Shown piece after piece: positions 59,520 to 64,000 of a DNA stretch of 64,000 nt. This DNA is from the human T2T-CHM13v2.0 reference genome, Homo sapiens. Within the stretch, counting starts at the first letter, position 1. Each line of letters starts with the position of its first letter. The DNA lies in the NCBI RefSeq assembly GCF_009914755.1, contig NC_060928.1; one strand, written 5' to 3'. Under the pieces are notes generated by a model, which did no database searches, was not told the origin of the DNA, and worked only from the letters and a program-made list of their open reading frames with translations. The position numbers and the translations under genes were made by a program.

Positions 59520-59590
59520 ATTGCTGAACAAGGCTGATTTGGTGAAGAGTTAATACTAGAAGGCAGCTGAAGGAAAGACTCCTTTGCAAG
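59520..59590 (+). other. Candidate non-coding exon 1 of unit E
   Basis: Good donor CAAG|gtaaat ~700 bp upstream of the signal exon; resembles 3010-3090. Confidence 0.35.
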
Positions 59591-60029
59591 GTAAATACTA
59601 GAATAAATCAGAATGTTTGGAGCCATTCTTTTTCAAACACCTACCCTTTCTTAAAACGCCTTTGTATAGGGATCTAATTGGGCAGACTTTGTTAACTTGT
59701 GTCAAAATGGCCTCCTAAAAATGCAACAGATAGGTAATTATTATGAATGTGAAAATAAGGGTGAATTTATATGATAAAGTCCTCACCAAAGTATTCTGTC
59801 AAAAATCTATTTGCTAGTTATACTGTTTACTCCTTGATACTCTATAAGCTATAGAAAACAGTCAAAATTCTTCCTATTCTTGCTGACGAGATAAAATGGA
59901 ATGGGCCTTAGCAAATTGAGTATTCCACATACTATCATTTCTAACAATGCACTAGAAATATCTGGGTAATGTCTTTATCTTATTAAGTTGATATTTAGTT
60001 AATGTTAACAATAATAAAACATAATCCCA

Positions 60030-60200
60030 GAATATATAAGGAGCTTAAACAAATCTACAGCAAAGAATCTGATAATCCAAACAAAAAATAGACAAAAGAT
60101 TTGAATAGACACTTCTCAAAAGACATGCAGTTGGCAAAAAGGCGTATGAAAAGGTGCTCAACCTCACTGACCATCAGAGAAATGCAAATCAAAACTACAA
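60030..60200 (+). mobile_element. Short L1 ORF2 fragment
   Basis: [25 protein letters not shown]. Confidence 0.85.
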
Positions 60201-60295
60201 TTAAAGTACAAATTATTTCTAGTATTTTTAAATTGTCATTTATAATAACTCCGTGGACTAATCTAACAGAGAATAATCTTACACCTTACTTTCAG

Positions 60296-60369
60296 GGAAT
60301 AAATCACAAGACAAGATGAAGATCCTAGTCCTGACTGTGACCATCTTAAATTTTGTGGTTTACTTTCTG
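60296..60369 (+). CDS. Unit E intact signal-peptide exon ([18 protein letters not shown])
   Basis: ccttactttcag| acceptor, 20-nt UTR, AAG ATG at 60316, 18 codons, then a perfect phase-0 donor CTG|gtaagt. Confidence 0.85.
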
Positions 60370-60891
60370 GTAAGTTTCAGTATTTTGGATAATAGTAATT
60401 AGATGCAGGGAAAAAATTAATATTTAGATCATCAGCTTACATTTAATGCAAGAAAGAACATTTTGCTAAATAACACATCATTTTGTTAATATTCTATTTT
60501 ATATTTGTACATTTCCTTCTTTTAAAATTAATTATATACACAGTGAAGTAAGATAAGAGAAGTTATAATGTATGGTAGTATAGGATTTGAAGGGGCTTCT
60601 CTATGCTTTTTATATTATAAGAGATTCTTTACTGAAAGTTTGCCATGGAACATCTGAATTTATACTCACAGAGGGTACTCAACCCTAACATAAATATCAG
60701 CTGTTCTTTTTTACGTTGATATTGTGTATTTCTAACTTAATTAGTTTAACAATCAATGGATAAGGAAGAAAGCAGAGACCTTCACAATGTTGCTTTATTT
60801 GATCAATTTAATGCTGTATATTCATTTCAGATTTTTAGTAAAATATCTGCTGGGGTAACCTCACAAAAGTGTTGTACCTCTTCCTTTTTAG

Positions 60892-62269
60892 TTTAATAGG
60901 AGTCAGGAAATACACAGTCAAACAAATCAAGATTTGTCTGCCAATCTGCCTTTGTCCTCATCAGACAGCTATCCAGCAAGTTCAGTCTCATCCATCATAA
61001 AAACAAAAATAAATTCTGCACCTACAAAAGATTCAGATAGCTACTCAGGGTCTACTGATGGAGTAAGAAGGCTCTCTGAATTCCTTTCAGAGAGAAACTA
61101 CTGAGACACCCTTCAAGCTGACTTATATAACTTTCTTCCACTCGGAGATGATGCACTAAGTAACTCTATAGCTAACCAGACTTCAACTAGTTTTGCTTAT
61201 GTCAAGGTTACAGTAAGCAACTCAACTCAGGCAGAGGTTTCAAAGAGCAAAGCTTCATCTTCCTCTGATGCTATGCAAGATAATTCCGCTGCCAGTACCA
61301 CAATTTCCAACTTGGCACCCAACACCTTCCACCTGCACATAATTTCAAGTACCTTGAATCAGAAGACAGTGGCTTTGAAAGGAGTGGATTTGTGGCTGCA
61401 GATATCACAAAGTCTCTATTACAATTTAGTATTATACCTACTGCTGAAGTAACAATAAGTGACAGATACTTTACTACTCCTGGGGAAGAAAATGATGTTC
61501 TATATGATGCCACTAATCCTACAGGTGAACAAAATAACACTTTAAGCCAATGGCTACCAAAACAATGGTTAATGGTTTAGGTGAAAGTGCAGCAGTGAAA
61601 CAGAATGTGAAAGCAGTAGATGGCACTGTCTTCCTTCCACCTAGCATTTCTATCCCCCAAACTGGAAGAATGTATTACCCTAGACTTCCTAGCATATACT
61701 ATAATGTAATCACTGATAATTCACTTACTGCCACCAGAAAGAACCCAAATGTTGCCTGGAACACCATCAAACACAAACCATCACTTTTCACAATGGACAA
61801 GTCAGAGCCTGCTGATTTCCAAGATGTCTATCAATCCCCTATTGCCATCACTTCAAGCAAGGTTAAGAGACTAGCCAATAAAGGCAAAATGGTTGAGACC
61901 AAAATAAATATCCCTCTTGCTATTCCTATTGGAGCTGACAACATTTCTTATGTGGATAAAAACACTAAAGTTGCAACAAACTGGGCTTCAATAGCTGCCA
62001 CCTCACCAATAAAGAAAGACATTCTGACCTTGAATGACGTTAATACTCATAATAATAAACCATATAAACTAGGAGATGGCCTTAACAGTTCCAGAGAAAA
62101 TCCTAACATGTCTAGAGATGATGGTACCTTATTAATTGCTAATTCCTCTACCATTATGAAGTCGGTTGCCCCTTTCATTCATTCTCAAGCAACAAACTTG
62201 GTGAAAAAGAACTCTTTGGCAGAGGTCCCAAAACTTGTTTTTATAATAAGGCTACCCCAGAAGCTTTGA
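60892..62269 (+). pseudogene. Unit E large exon, disrupted 5' part (Ser/Thr/Asp-rich)
   Basis: Acceptor ctcttcctttttag|TTT AAT AGG; 70 codons to TGA 61102. The same frame continues coding-like to ~61325, then frameshifts link it to ORFs 61392 and 61550..62269. Confidence 0.75.
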
Positions 62270-62400
62270 CAATAGCCATCATCACTGTCTCTCAAGGAAA
62301 TGACACCATATTTTATATCCCAATAAATGAATTGGAAAACTTTTTCAAAGAAGATATAATATTGAACTATGAAGCAGTTTCCCAAAATGAGGTAAGCATT

Positions 62401-64000
62401 ATGGTAGAAGAAGAAGACACACTTGAAAAAGGAAATGTCAGGGATTATATTTATGCTATACCTATTGCAGGTGACAATGTTCCTAAAGGTAACAACTTGT
62501 CAGCTGAACAGTATTCTATCAACTGTAATACATATGACTCCACTACATTCAGAGGAACAACCAAAGGCAGAGCTGACCGACCTGAATTTGAGAATTCTTC
62601 ATCATCTTATAAGGCTGAAATCTCAAAACCTCTACTTGGAAAATTTACTCCCAAAGTTCAAAGAAAAGTGATTGTAAGAAATAGCAATAGCGGTTCTGAT
62701 CATGATACATCCTTTGGTGGTGATATACTTTATCCAATAATGAAAGAAAATGTCCCAGAAGGATATATCTATTCTCCTGAAAGAGACTTTACCATTACAA
62801 CATCAGATTTTAGTATTCCAATGAAAAATAATGTAAATCCTGCTCTGGAAGGTACTGCATTACTCAGTAAAGGAACTTTCAGCAATCATTATTCATCCTA
62901 TACTGATGAGCAAAGTGATCCAGCAACAGGAAAAGACAAAATTGCTACAGGTATCATAACAAACTCTCATACAGGCATCATACCTGTGACTTCCTTCACT
63001 ACTGTTCCTTCTAAAGACATAAATAAGGAAAACTATTACCATATATCTGAAACAGGCACTCCTCTCTCACTGGAATATGAAAACAAAATAAGAGATGATT
63101 CCCTTATTTTTCAGCTTGGGACTACTCTGGCAAAGGAAAATAATGTGGATAATATGGATTTGGTCATCATGGAACCTGATGAAAGTAGCTCTGAATATAT
63201 TTCAAATAAGTATGTCTTTGAAATAGAAAATGAAGAAAATAGCCCTATTGTAAATGCTATTTCATTTACACATGAACCCAGTAGATTTCTATCACATATA
63301 CCCTTCTCCAATCATGAGGCCTCAAGGAGTCTTCTGTATCAAATAACTCACCCTGAGTTTGAAACTAAAGAAAAATACCAAACCATTATTATTAAAGAAG
63401 AAAGCTCTGACTCTAGTATTGTTGCCTCTTCTTTCAAAGATTATACCAAAAACTTCAACACTCAGCATCCGAAAACCATGGCTCCTTCCCTAATTGATGC
63501 AGGTGAGACTTCTTTTCCTGAGTTTCTAGAAAGAACATCTGCAGGAAAGGACACTCTAAGTGCAGATGATGCCACCATCATTTTCCCTGAAGTTTCTGGT
63601 TTAGAAAATGAAAAAATCAAGTATTTCTTTGTACCTCACATGGAGACAATTGTTACCATGGGAGAGGGCAGGACATTGGGTGCTATCCCTACTGATCATA
63701 GTGTGGTGACTACCCCCATAAAAACTCAAGGTCATTTCTACAGGAAAGGCATTTCATCCAATATTCCTGACACAGCTGCCCTGCAGTTGGCAGACATCAT
63801 CACACTGGAGAAATCCAAACTCAATGAAGATGAAATGGATTTAGCTGAAGTGACCCCTTCAAAGGATCATGATAACCCATTGGCTCAGGTTGTTGCCTAC
63901 CAAGTGGGGACTATCTCTGATGTCAGTAAAATTACCAACAGTATAATCAAAGCAAATTCAATTACTTCTCTTAATCTGGTTAATGACACCAAAATGCCAC
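62401..64000 (+). CDS. Long acidic Ser/Thr-rich ORF running off the window (>=533 aa from ATG), absent from the ORF track; possibly CABS1-related
   Basis: Manual translation finds no stop from 62143 to 64000: MVEEEDTLEKGNVRDYIYAIPIAGDNVPKG...SNIPDTAALQLADIITLEKSKLNEDEMDL...NDTKMP. ATG context ATT-ATG-G. Confidence 0.65.
   Translation, partial: MVEEEDTLEKGNVRDYIYAIPIAGDNVPKGNNLSAEQYSINCNTYDSTTFRGTTKGRADRPEFENSSSSYKAEISKPLLGKFTPKVQRKVIVRNSNSGSDHDTSFGGDILYPIMKENVPEGYIYSPERDFTITTSDFSIPMKNNVNPALEGTALLSKGTFSNHYSSYTDEQSDPATGKDKIATGIITNSHTGIIPVTSFTTVPSKDINKENYYHISETGTPLSLEYENKIRDDSLIFQLGTTLAKENNVDNMDLVIMEPDESSSEYISNKYVFEIENEENSPIVNAISFTHEPSRFLSHIPFSNHEASRSLLYQITHPEFETKEKYQTIIIKEESSDSSIVASSFKDYTKNFNTQHPKTMAPSLIDAGETSFPEFLERTSAGKDTLSADDATIIFPEVSGLENEKIKYFFVPHMETIVTMGEGRTLGAIPTDHSVVTTPIKTQGHFYRKGISSNIPDTAALQLADIITLEKSKLNEDEMDLAEVTPSKDHDNPLAQVVAYQVGTISDVSKITNSIIKANSITSLNLVNDTKMP

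Overview
Hominoid (probably human or great-ape) genomic DNA, AT-rich and dense in Alu, L1, MIR, L2 and MaLR repeats. Among the repeats lies a same-strand (+) tandem array of at least five decayed genes for secreted Pro/Thr/Ser-rich proteins: unit A ~3.0-7.3 kb, B ~14-21.3 kb, C ~30.6-31.9 kb, D ~42.3-46.7 kb and E ~59.5 kb to the window end. Units A and E show the SCPP/MUC7-type layout: an 18-codon signal-peptide exon (MKAFILTMIILNIIIFFL in [19 protein letters not shown] in E), a phase-0 intron and one very large exon. The large exons of D, A and E begin FSE, TSE and FNR. A and D then run Lys-rich, His/Cys/Pro and PTS domains; C keeps only the His/Cys/Pro and PTS parts. Unit E keeps canonical splice sites and ends in a stop-free frame of at least 619 codons (62143 to >64000; ATG at 62401) that the supplied ORF track omits. 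The best guess for the locus is the 4q13 SCPP cluster near CSN3/CABS1/MUC7; this is inference and was not verified. Repeat boundaries are approximate unless a target-site duplication (TSD) is given.
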